From assembly GCA_002402995.1 (NCBI GenBank), contig DHGX01000003.1, positions 3,765-67,764 of the forward strand: a DNA stretch of 64,000 nucleotides, given 5' to 3'. Each line of letters starts with the position of its first letter. Position 1 is the first letter of the stretch. The notes beneath the pieces were generated by a model that saw nothing but the letters and a program-made list of their open reading frames with translations, was not told the DNA's origin and did no database searches. The stretch is from Patescibacteria group bacterium UBA4787 (GTDB lineage Bacteria; Patescibacteriota; Patescibacteriia; UBA2591; UBA4787). This document shows positions 31,674-40,741 of the stretch, one piece after another. Both the position numbers and the translations under genes were made by a program.

Positions 31674-32114
31674 ATGACAAAAAATATTTTCATTAAGATA
31701 AAAAATTTTTATCATACGGAGTTAGGTTGGCAAATGTTTCATTATTTTATCGCGGGCAGTGTTTGCACGCTTTTTGATTTCGCGGTTTATTTTTTTCTGA
31801 CCCGCTTTTTTAATTTTTGGCAAACACATTATGAGTGGGCCAATATTATTGCCTTGGTATTGAGCGCCACCATATTTTTTATTTGGAGTAAAAAAATAGT
31901 TTTTAAAAATCAAGACAAAAAAATATTTTGGCAATATATTAAATTTTGGTTGATGGTTGTCGTTACCACCCTGATCTATCAATGGCTTTTTATTCTGTTT
32001 ACTCGCGTTAATATTCACGATTTATTGGCCAAAGTTTTTTGCGCTATTATTGTCTTGTTGGTCAGATTTATTACCAACAAGTTTTGGGTATTTAAAAACC
32101 CTGCTCTTTTTTGA
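31674..32114 (+). CDS. GtrA family membrane protein
   Basis: 4 TM segments, 'YFIAG..T..DF', 'NKFWVFK'. Confidence 0.75.
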   Translation: MTKNIFIKIKNFYHTELGWQMFHYFIAGSVCTLFDFAVYFFLTRFFNFWQTHYEWANIIALVLSATIFFIWSKKIVFKNQDKKIFWQYIKFWLMVVVTTLIYQWLFILFTRVNIHDLLAKVFCAIIVLLVRFITNKFWVFKNPALF

Positions 32115-32136
32115 GCAGGGTTGATTGGATTGCGGT

Positions 32137-32762
32137 TTAGACGAGCGCAATGAGCAATATTCCTCCGACGCCTATTGCCAGCAGTATGAAGCTGATGATG
32201 TATCCTTCTCCGTTTGTAAAGAAAGCGTGCAGAAAGATATAAAACCCGGCTATAGCCACGATTACTGCTATGAAGAATAAGAGGAATATGCCGAAACTCA
32301 TATTGGTACAAACCCTTGTGATATCCTGACCGGTCATCTTAGCTAACAAAGCCTTGATTTCGCCTTTGGGATCTCGTCCATTGATAATGGGCTTGTGATA
32401 AAGTTCGGTCAGCGCGACCAGATCAGGATCGAGTTTCACGGTGATCAGATTGTCGCCATAAACCTTGATGGCTTCTTTTTGATCGCTTTGAACTTGTTGA
32501 TCAGAGGGATGAAATCGGCCCAGTCTTGGGGGCTGATCACTCCATCCGCGACTATCTCCTTCAGCGCCTTCTCGATAGCAGGCACCTGCGCGGCTAGATA
32601 TGTGTTGCGTACAGCCGCGGCTTTCGCGAAGTTCTCGTTGGGCGCTGATTCGAGTAAAGTCAGGCCGTCATAACCGAGCTGCGCTCTGTCAGCCAAAACC
32701 GGGTTGGTCAGCGTGACGAAAACCGCGATTGCGGCGAGCAGGGAAACCAGAATCCGTTTCAT
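32137..32762 (-). pseudogene. Hypothetical exported protein with C-terminal TM pair, split by a -1 frameshift at ~32478 (ORFs 32445..32762 and 32137..32439)
   Basis: AAGGAGG SD and signal peptide; adding one A to the A5 run joins ...FKAIKK to EAIKVYGDNLITVKLDPDL... Confidence 0.6.
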
Positions 32763-32817
32763 AGGACCTCCTTAAATTGATTGTTATTTTTCAAAGATCT
32801 TGTTGTTCGATACAACA

Positions 32818-32846
32818 ATATTAGCACAAAAATCGTTTTTTGTCAA
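32818..32846 (-). promoter_or_regulatory. Sigma70-like promoter TTGACA-17bp-TAATAT with extended TG
   Basis: Read on minus strand upstream of 32762; -35 abuts the GGGG end of a TIR element. Confidence 0.65.
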
Positions 32847-33022
32847 CCCCGTAGAATAAAATGAATAAGCCAATCAGCGGATCGGCTTATTAAAAAAATA
32901 TTCATTTTCCCCGCCTGCCAGAGCCTTAAAATATCTTTTGAGGGAAAAAATACCTTTTATTTTAATTAAGAGCCAAAATTTATCATAAACACTTTAGGCA
33001 ATTGGCTGGCAGGTCTATGGGG
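32847..33022. mobile_element. CCCCGTAGA...TCTATGGGG element with nested CCTGCCAG...CTGGCAGG element (32914..33013)
   Basis: Terminal inverted matches and internal hairpin AATAAGCC..GGCTTATT. Confidence 0.5.
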
Positions 33023-33092
33023 CTTCGGTCTGTAATTATAAATTCTGTATTCTATCGTCTTCCGCCAGCTGGCGGATTCTATTTTCTACTTT

Positions 33093-33737
33093 CTATTTTC
33101 TATTTTCTTTTTTACCACGAACAACTTCAATAATTGCCGGCAAAATAGAGAGAAAAATAATAACTAAAATAGTAATACTAAAGTTGTTTTTAATCATTGG
33201 TATGTTGCCGAAAAAATATCCGCCCAAAGTAAAAATCGTCACCCAGATCCAGCCCCCCAAAAGATTATAAGAAAGAAATTTAAAATAATTCATTTTACCG
33301 ATACCGGCCACGAACGGCGCAAAAGTTCGCATTATAGGAATAAATCTGGCGAGAATAATGGTTTTGCCGCCGTATTTTTCGTAAAATTTGCGCGATTTTT
33401 CTAAATATTCTTTTTTAAAAAGACGCGATTTTTCTTGAGAAAAGATTTTAGGCCCGACAAAGTAGCCAATCCAATAATTAACAGTATCGCCTAAAAAGGC
33501 GGCCACGATTAAAAGCAAATAAATCCACTCAATTTTTAAAAAACCTTTGGCGCTAAGGGCGCCGACCGCGAACAAAAGAGAATCGCCGGGCAAAAACGGC
33601 GCTACCACCAGCCCGGTTTCGCAAAAGATAATTAAAAATAAAATTAAATAGGTCCATAAGCCGCAGACCTGGATAATTAAACCAAGGTATTGGTCTAGAT
33701 GAATCAAGAACGAAAATAATCTTTTAATTATTTCCAT
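33093..33737 (-). CDS. dedA: DedA family protein
   Basis: 'ETGLVVAPFLPGDSLLF', 'GDTVNYWIG', 'ARFIPIMRTFAPFVAG'. Confidence 0.93.
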   Translation of the reverse strand: MEIIKRLFSFLIHLDQYLGLIIQVCGLWTYLILFLIIFCETGLVVAPFLPGDSLLFAVGALSAKGFLKIEWIYLLLIVAAFLGDTVNYWIGYFVGPKIFSQEKSRLFKKEYLEKSRKFYEKYGGKTIILARFIPIMRTFAPFVAGIGKMNYFKFLSYNLLGGWIWVTIFTLGGYFFGNIPMIKNNFSITILVIIFLSILPAIIEVVRGKKENRK

Positions 33738-33984
33738 AGTTTCTGTATTTCATCCTTAGAATTAAAAGAAAAATGGTTGATGAGCCGAAGAGTATCTGGG
33801 TTAGAATAATCGGCGAGCTTGCTTTTAATAAGCCATACCAAAACCAAAAAATACCCGCCGTTAGATACGTAAGAATCATGCCCAAAGAAAGCCCTTTGAC
33901 GTTTTTAGTAATTAAGGTTTTTCTAATTTGCGGCAACAAACTAATGGCGCTGAAAAAACTGGCGATATAACCGATAAGTTCCAT
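33724..33984 (-). CDS. SemiSWEET/PQ-loop transporter
   Basis: 86 aa, 3 TM, 'LPQI.K', 'LS', 'W..YG'. Confidence 0.85.
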   Translation of the reverse strand: MELIGYIASFFSAISLLPQIRKTLITKNVKGLSLGMILTYLTAGIFWFWYGLLKASSPIILTQILFGSSTIFLLILRMKYRNYGNN

Positions 33985-33993
33985 AAAATTATC

Positions 33994-35445
33994 TTATTGT
34001 ATTTTAATTTTAACTAAGTAATTTTTGTTATTTTGGCGTTCAATAAAGTATAAATTTTTACTTTGATCTACCCCCAATATTTTTTCAATGAAAACGTTTT
34101 TTATAATTTCGGATCGATAATAATAGTCGCGATTATCAAGCTCTAAGGCGATGAGTCGCTCGGAATTAGCGTAAACGATATAATTATTATCATACCAGGC
34201 TACGTCTTTAATTAAATTGCTTTCGCGTAAAACTATTTCATTCTTTATAATTTTTTGATCGTTCTCTCTCTTAACGGTCAAGGCAATAATTTCCCAGTCA
34301 TTAAAACAAATAGTCGTTTCGTCTAATTTGATTACCTTGCGACAGAAGTATTTATTTGATAATTCCTGCCCTTGATTATCGTTTAGGTTAATAAAGTAAT
34401 AATTTTTCAAGCCGTCTTTAATAGAGATAAAACCATCCGTTAAAAAAATATCCTCTAATTGATATTTGCCATCAGGCAAATATATTTTTTTGACAATATC
34501 ATCCGGCTTGTAGTTCGTCCATCCGCTTTTTTTCCTGATTTGGTAGAAATTAATACCTTTTTGATTTTTGGCGACCAAATAAACAAAATTATTATCAATT
34601 AACCAGTCGTTTATTTCTGAATTTTTTAATCCTACCCACTGCGGGTTAAAGATAATCTTCAGAGACTCTTGCGCGGGGTCATAATCATAAACGATTTTTT
34701 TATTATCAAAAGATAAACTCGCGCTATTAGCCCAACGGACATGATTGACGAAAGATATGCCTGGGATTTTAGCCAAATTTTCCGCTGTTTTGTTTAAATC
34801 GACCACAACAATGCCACCGGATTGATCAACCATCGCGAATTTAGTGCCGTCGTTATTTAAAATATTTTTGACTTCGCCCCGCAGGTTATTTTTTATTAGA
34901 GGACGATCAGAAATTTTTAGATCGGTGGTGTCAATTAGATAAATTCTATTATATGTTTTTTTCTGGGCGATAATTTTATTTTGACGATGATCAGATTCAA
35001 AAAACGTATCCACGGGCATTTCTTTTTTCTCTACGACTGGTTGTGCCAAAAAAAGATTTATTTTTTTACTGAAGGTCGTTTGGCCGGCAACGATTTCTAA
35101 TTTCTTTTGCCAATTTTGATAACCGTTCTTGCTTATAGAGACATTATAAATATTAGGAAGAAGGTGACTGATCAGAGTCGGCGTACTGCTTTCTATCTTT
35201 GTTAAGCCTAGTAGTTCTTTATAAAATAATAGCCGTTGGTACCAGCGGTCATTAATGGTTCGCCCATTAATAATTACTTTGGCTCCCGGCGGAGCGGAAT
35301 CTAAATAAAGGTTGCCTGTTTGGGTGAATTTTCGACTAATCGGGCTATAGCGATAGCCATAGCTATACAAAATAATTAAAGGGGCTAAAATAATGAAGGC
35401 TAATACTCCTAGTCCGATGATTAATTTTCTTAATTTATCCGGCAT
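33994..35445 (-). CDS. PEGA-domain membrane-anchored protein with beta-propeller-like C-terminus
   Basis: N-terminal TM + 'GYRY', 'TG.L..DSAPPGAKVIING', 'Y.V.ISKNGYQNW.K'. Confidence 0.8.
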   Translation of the reverse strand: MPDKLRKLIIGLGVLAFIILAPLIILYSYGYRYSPISRKFTQTGNLYLDSAPPGAKVIINGRTINDRWYQRLLFYKELLGLTKIESSTPTLISHLLPNIYNVSISKNGYQNWQKKLEIVAGQTTFSKKINLFLAQPVVEKKEMPVDTFFESDHRQNKIIAQKKTYNRIYLIDTTDLKISDRPLIKNNLRGEVKNILNNDGTKFAMVDQSGGIVVVDLNKTAENLAKIPGISFVNHVRWANSASLSFDNKKIVYDYDPAQESLKIIFNPQWVGLKNSEINDWLIDNNFVYLVAKNQKGINFYQIRKKSGWTNYKPDDIVKKIYLPDGKYQLEDIFLTDGFISIKDGLKNYYFINLNDNQGQELSNKYFCRKVIKLDETTICFNDWEIIALTVKRENDQKIIKNEIVLRESNLIKDVAWYDNNYIVYANSERLIALELDNRDYYYRSEIIKNVFIEKILGVDQSKNLYFIERQNNKNYLVKIKIQ

Positions 35446-35556
35446 GATAGAAATAATTACTACTTGTCCGCCCAAGGCGGATCGGTCTTGGTCTGGCGAA
35501 TTAAAATTAAATTTTAACTTCTATTTTCTACTTTCTATTTTCTAAATTCTAATCCT

Positions 35557-36816
35557 ATGTCTAAATTTATTATTCGAGGCGGTAAAAAACTAAACGGCGA
35601 AGTTACGATCAAGGGGATGAAAAATGCAGCGACTCCTATTCTGGCGGCTACTTTGCTTACCGAAGGATCCTGCTTGATTGATAATTTGCCGCAGATATCG
35701 GACGTTTCCGCGATGCTTGATATTCTTAAAAGTCTGGGCAGTAAAATAGAAAAAATTTCCGAAGGTTGTTTGAGGATATGCAATAAGGGAATTGATTTAA
35801 AAAATTTAGACCAGAAATTAGTAAAGAAGATGCGTTCGTCCGTGTTGTTTATGGGGCCGCTTTTGGCGCGATTCGGTTCTGTGGAAATTTCCGAGCCAGG
35901 CGGATGCATTATCGGCAACCGTCCTTTGGGTACGCATTTTTACGCTTTGGAAAAATTGGGAGCTAAAATTATCAAAGAAGAGGCCTTTTATAAAATAAAC
36001 GCTGATAAATTAATCGGCAGTCTTATTACTTTACCAGAATTTTCAGTTACGGCAACCGAAAACGCTATAATGGCTGCGGTTTTAGCTCATGGTAAAACCA
36101 CTATTAAACTAGCGGCTGCCGAGCCCCATGTTCAAGATTTGTGTCTATTTTTAAATAAGATGGGAGCCAGCGTCTCTGGTATCGGAACGCATATATTAAT
36201 TATTGAAGGAGTTAAGAAATTGAAAGGAGCCGAACATCATATTATCCCGGACCAAATTGAGGCCGGCACTTTTGCGGTTGCCGCGTCTTTAACGCGTGGA
36301 CACGTTTTGCTCAAAAATATCGAACCCGAACATTTAGATATAATTTTGTTGAAATTAAATCAGGTTGGTATTAATTTTGAAATTCGTCACAAAGAAATTC
36401 AATTTTTGCCATCTTCTAATTTAAAGTCATTCAGACTCCAGTCCTTGCCTTATCCGGGATTCCCGACTGATCTGCAAGCGCCTTTTGGGGTTTTGGCCAC
36501 ACAATGCCAAGGAACAACTTTAATCCACGATCCGCTTTTTGAGGGGCGCATGGGCTATATTCAGGAATTAGTTAAAATGGGAGCGAACGCGATCGTCGCC
36601 GATCCACATCGAGTTATTGTTAATGGGCCAACGCCGCTTTATGGTCAAGAAATCAGGAGTTTTGATTTGCGCGCCGGCGCTACATTAATTATTGCTGGTT
36701 TGATCGCCCAAGGCGAAACAATAATTAATCAGGCAGAGATCGTTGATCGCGGTTACGAAAAAATAGAGGAACGCTTAAATAGTTTAGGGGCAGAAATAAA
36801 AAGGATTGAAGATTAA
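35557..36816 (+). CDS. murA: UDP-N-acetylglucosamine 1-carboxyvinyltransferase
   Basis: 'KNAA', 'MRSS', 'PGGCIIGNRP', 'SVTATEN', 'GFPTDLQ', 'DLRAGA', 'DRGYE'. Confidence 0.96.
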   Translation: MSKFIIRGGKKLNGEVTIKGMKNAATPILAATLLTEGSCLIDNLPQISDVSAMLDILKSLGSKIEKISEGCLRICNKGIDLKNLDQKLVKKMRSSVLFMGPLLARFGSVEISEPGGCIIGNRPLGTHFYALEKLGAKIIKEEAFYKINADKLIGSLITLPEFSVTATENAIMAAVLAHGKTTIKLAAAEPHVQDLCLFLNKMGASVSGIGTHILIIEGVKKLKGAEHHIIPDQIEAGTFAVAASLTRGHVLLKNIEPEHLDIILLKLNQVGINFEIRHKEIQFLPSSNLKSFRLQSLPYPGFPTDLQAPFGVLATQCQGTTLIHDPLFEGRMGYIQELVKMGANAIVADPHRVIVNGPTPLYGQEIRSFDLRAGATLIIAGLIAQGETIINQAEIVDRGYEKIEERLNSLGAEIKRIED

Positions 36817-36959
36817 TTCTTGCCGTTTTAATTATTCGGTGCTATAATTTATGAGCGAGGACGTAAAATAAAAGTCTTCTTTTAATTTGACTCCGAGCGA
36901 ATAAATTTCAGGAGCGAAGCGAATCTTATTAATAAATATAATTTTAAACTTTGTTTTAT

Positions 36960-38585
36960 ATGTCAAAAAGCAACAAAAATTGGACATTACTTATCGTTAT
37001 TCTCTTAATAACGATTTTTTGTTTATTGGTTGATGTCCCGAGAGTGCCTGAGTGGGTGCCTTTTAGTTCGTGGTTTACCAAACAAAAAATTCATTTAGGT
37101 CTTGATTTACAAGGTGGCACGCAATTGATTTATCAAACCGACACCAGTAATATCCCAGACGATCAGCGCGCGGCAGCGGTTGAGGGCGCGCGCGATGTTA
37201 TTGAGCGCCGTGTTAATTTTTTTGGCGTGGGCGAGCCGCTTATTCATACGGCCAAAGCCGCAAATGAATGGAAAATCGTAATCGAATTGCCCGGAGTTAA
37301 AAATGTTAAAGATGCCATTAAAATGATAGGCGAAACGCCTATACTTGAATTTCGCGAACAAGGTGCGCCCGAGCAATTAACCAGTCAAGAAAAAAAAGAT
37401 AGAGAAAATTATAATAAAAAAGCCGAGCAAAGGGCCAATGATATTTTAAAGAAAGTCTTAAAGACGGGCGTTGACTTTGCTGTTTTAGCAAAAGAATATT
37501 CTGAGGATAGTGGCAGCAAAGCTCAGGGCGGCGATCTTGGATGGTTTAGTGAGGGTACGATGGTTCCGGAATTTGAAAAAGCGGCTTTTGCTTTAAAAAA
37601 AGGAGAGACCACCAAACAATTAGCAGAAAGCTCTTTCGGTTATCATATTATTAAAAAATTTGACGAGAGAAAAACGGCCGACGAAAAGGAAGAAATTAAG
37701 GCCAGCCATATTCTTATTAAAACTCAATCGCTCGAAATTGATTTAAACCGGCCGGAATATCAGTGGCAGTATACGGGTTTAACTGGCAAACAGTTGAAAA
37801 GCGCTCAAATGACTTTTGGCGGAGACACCAACGAACCAGAAGTTTCATTAGAATTTAACGAAGAAGGAACAAAATTATTCAGTGAAATTACTCAGCGCAA
37901 TGTTGGCAAGCCAGTGGCTATTTTTTTGGACGGGGTGCCGATTAGCATTCCGACCGTGCGCGAAACCATCACCGGCGGTAAGGCTGTGATTACCGGTAAT
38001 TTCAATATTAAAGAAACGAAAGAATTAGCTCAGAGATTAAGCGCCGGCGCTTTGCCTGTGGCTATTAATTTGGTCAGTCAGCAAAATATTGGTCCCAGTT
38101 TAGGCCGTCTTTCAGTTAATAAAAGTTTTGTGGCTGGCATCATCGGTCTTTTAGCGGTTATGATTTTTATGATCGCTCTTTATGGTTTTTATGGGTTAAT
38201 CGCCTCAATTGCTTTATTGATTTACGCTCTAATTAATATGGCTGTTTATAAATTATTACCAGTTACTTTAACTTTATCCGCGATCGCGGGTTTTATCATC
38301 TCGCTTGGCATGGCCGTTGACGCGAATGTGCTTATTTTTGAGCGCATTAAAGACGAAAAGCGTTTAGGTAAATTTGGCGAAACAGCAATTAACGATGGCT
38401 TCCGCCACGCCTGGATCGCCATCCGCGACGGTAACATCACCACCCTAATCACTTGTTTTATCCTTTATTATTTTGGCACCGGTTTGATCCGCGGTTTCGG
38501 GCTAACACTAGGGTTGGGCGTTATTCTTAGTATATTTGCCGCAATTACCGTAACCCGTAATTTATTAAAATTATTTAACAAATAA
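36960..38585 (+). CDS. secD: Protein translocase subunit SecD with inserted parvulin (PpiC-type) PPIase domain
   Basis: 'LGLDLQGG', 'RRVN..GV.EP', 'GPSLG', 'GMAVDANVLIFERIK'; insert 'AKEYSED..SKAQGGDLGWF..G.MVPEFEKAAF'. Confidence 0.92.
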   Translation: MSKSNKNWTLLIVILLITIFCLLVDVPRVPEWVPFSSWFTKQKIHLGLDLQGGTQLIYQTDTSNIPDDQRAAAVEGARDVIERRVNFFGVGEPLIHTAKAANEWKIVIELPGVKNVKDAIKMIGETPILEFREQGAPEQLTSQEKKDRENYNKKAEQRANDILKKVLKTGVDFAVLAKEYSEDSGSKAQGGDLGWFSEGTMVPEFEKAAFALKKGETTKQLAESSFGYHIIKKFDERKTADEKEEIKASHILIKTQSLEIDLNRPEYQWQYTGLTGKQLKSAQMTFGGDTNEPEVSLEFNEEGTKLFSEITQRNVGKPVAIFLDGVPISIPTVRETITGGKAVITGNFNIKETKELAQRLSAGALPVAINLVSQQNIGPSLGRLSVNKSFVAGIIGLLAVMIFMIALYGFYGLIASIALLIYALINMAVYKLLPVTLTLSAIAGFIISLGMAVDANVLIFERIKDEKRLGKFGETAINDGFRHAWIAIRDGNITTLITCFILYYFGTGLIRGFGLTLGLGVILSIFAAITVTRNLLKLFNK

Positions 38586-38590
38586 AATAT

Positions 38591-39496
38591 ATGTTTTATA
38601 AAATTATTCAAAAACGAAAAATATTTTTAATTATTTCCACGGTTGTTATTTTATTTTCTTTAATAGCCTTGATTGTTTGGGGTTTGAAATTCGGCATAGA
38701 TTTTACCGGCGGCACAATTATGGAAGTGCGCTATCTTTCCGTTAAAATTGACAATAATCAACAAATTATTGATAAACTCAAGGACTTAAAGCTGGAAAAT
38801 TTGAGCGTTCAATTAATAGGAGAGAATGGCGCAGTTATGCGTTTTAAAGACATTAACGAAGAAACTCATCAAAAAATATTAACCTCTCTAAACAGACTCG
38901 GAGATTTGGAAGAAATTTCTTTTCAGTCTATGGGTCCGATGATTGGTCGTGAATTAACGAACAAGGCTCGCTGGAGTGTTATTCTGGCTACGTTTTGTAT
39001 TTTGCTTTATGTCGCCTGGTCGTTCAGAAAATTATCTAAAGTTATCAAACAGGGTGAATCGTGGCGCTATGCTTTCGGCGCTATATTTTCTTTATTTCAT
39101 GATGTTATTGTTATGATCGGTTTTTACGCTGTTATGGGCCATTTCCGCCAAATGGAATTCAATGGTTTGGCTATTACGGCTATTCTAACCGTGTTGGGTT
39201 ATTCGGTTAATGATACGATTGTTATTTACGATCGTATTCGCGAAAATATTTTAGCACAAGGCGGCCGCAATTTAGAGGAGGTAATCAATAAAAGCCTTAA
39301 TGAAACTATCGCGCGGTCTTTTAACACTACGTTGACTACTATATTTGCGATTTTAGCCGTAGCGCTTTTTGGAGGCGCTAGCACGCGCGATTTTGCTTTT
39401 GCTCTGGCAGTTGGCGTTACAACGGGAGCTTGGTCTTCAATTTCAATTGCTTCTTCGTTCTTGTTGTTTAATCGCAAGGGTTTAAACAGAAAATAG
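38591..39496 (+). CDS. secF: Protein translocase subunit SecF
   Basis: 'GIDFTGG', 'HDV', 'GYSVNDTIVIYDRIREN'. Confidence 0.95.
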   Translation: MFYKIIQKRKIFLIISTVVILFSLIALIVWGLKFGIDFTGGTIMEVRYLSVKIDNNQQIIDKLKDLKLENLSVQLIGENGAVMRFKDINEETHQKILTSLNRLGDLEEISFQSMGPMIGRELTNKARWSVILATFCILLYVAWSFRKLSKVIKQGESWRYAFGAIFSLFHDVIVMIGFYAVMGHFRQMEFNGLAITAILTVLGYSVNDTIVIYDRIRENILAQGGRNLEEVINKSLNETIARSFNTTLTTIFAILAVALFGGASTRDFAFALAVGVTTGAWSSISIASSFLLFNRKGLNRK

Positions 39497-39578
39497 AATT
39501 CGCTCGTAGGTCGATTCATTTTGAATTCTACTTTCTTCCGCCAGCCGGCGGATTATAATTTCTAAATTCTAACTCATT

Positions 39579-40673
39579 ATGCGAGTAGCCCTAGTGCACG
39601 ATTTTTTAAGTCAATACGGGGGCGCAGAAAAAGTTTTGGAGGTGCTTCACGAAATTTGGCCGGAAGCGCCAATTTATACTTTAGTTTACGATAAAAAAGC
39701 ATTAAATCGTCGTTACGATAATTGGCAAATACGTTGTTCGCTGGTTCAAAATTTACCGCTAGGCGTTAAGAAGTATCGCTGGTATATGGCCTTGATGCCA
39801 ACGGCCATCGAACGTTTTAATTTAAGCGAATTTGATTTGGTGGTTTCTAATACCTCGGCTTATGCCAAAGGAATTATCACTAAACAAAAAACGAAACATG
39901 TTTGTTATTGTCATACACCCACCCGATATCTTTGGTCAGATGCTCACGAGTACATAGAAAATTTAAAGGGCTTAGAAAAAGTCATAGTTAAATTATTAAT
40001 GTCTCTACTGTCTCGTTTGAGAATTTGGGACTATGTTGTCGCTCAGCGGCCAGACGGCTTTATTGCCAATTCCCACAATATTGAAACACGGATTAAAAAA
40101 TATTATCATCGCGATTCGGTTGTAGTTTATCCTCCCGTAGAAACAGAAAAATTTTACATTTCACCGGATATAGGAAATTATTTTTTAGTTGTCTCCCGAT
40201 TTAGACCATACAAGAGAATTGATTTAGCGATAGAAGCTTTCAATAAAACCAAAATTCCTCTAAAAGTAATTGGCACCAGCGAAGGAAGTGATTTGTTGAA
40301 AAGAGCTAACCCGAATATTGAATTTTTGGGCGCGGTTTCCGACAAAGAAAAGGCTAAGTATTTGTCTCGCTGCTTGGCTTTAATCCATCCCCAAGAAGAA
40401 GATTTCGGTATTACGCCAGTAGAGGCTATGGCTTCCGGGCGACCGGTAATAGCCTATCGAGCGGGGGGCGTATTAGAAACTGTTATAGAGGGTAAAACTG
40501 GAGAATTTTTTGAAGAACAAACATGGCAGTCTTTGGCCGATGCGGTCATAAAGTTTAATCCCGAAAAATATAACCCGCAAGAAATAAAACAACACGCCGA
40601 AGGTTTTAGCAAAGAAAACTTTAAAAAAGAATTTATTAAAATAATCAATCAATTTTTAAATAAAGGGCATTAA
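39579..40673 (+). CDS. Glycosyltransferase family 4
   Basis: 'VHDFL.QYGGAE', 'YCHTPTRYLW', 'EDFGITPVEAMASG'. Confidence 0.9.
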   Translation: MRVALVHDFLSQYGGAEKVLEVLHEIWPEAPIYTLVYDKKALNRRYDNWQIRCSLVQNLPLGVKKYRWYMALMPTAIERFNLSEFDLVVSNTSAYAKGIITKQKTKHVCYCHTPTRYLWSDAHEYIENLKGLEKVIVKLLMSLLSRLRIWDYVVAQRPDGFIANSHNIETRIKKYYHRDSVVVYPPVETEKFYISPDIGNYFLVVSRFRPYKRIDLAIEAFNKTKIPLKVIGTSEGSDLLKRANPNIEFLGAVSDKEKAKYLSRCLALIHPQEEDFGITPVEAMASGRPVIAYRAGGVLETVIEGKTGEFFEEQTWQSLADAVIKFNPEKYNPQEIKQHAEGFSKENFKKEFIKIINQFLNKGH

Positions 40674-40741
40674 GTCTTGTGTTTATTTCGCTCGCCCGGA
40701 AAAGCAAATGAATTTACTTTTCCCCTACTTGCTCACAAATA

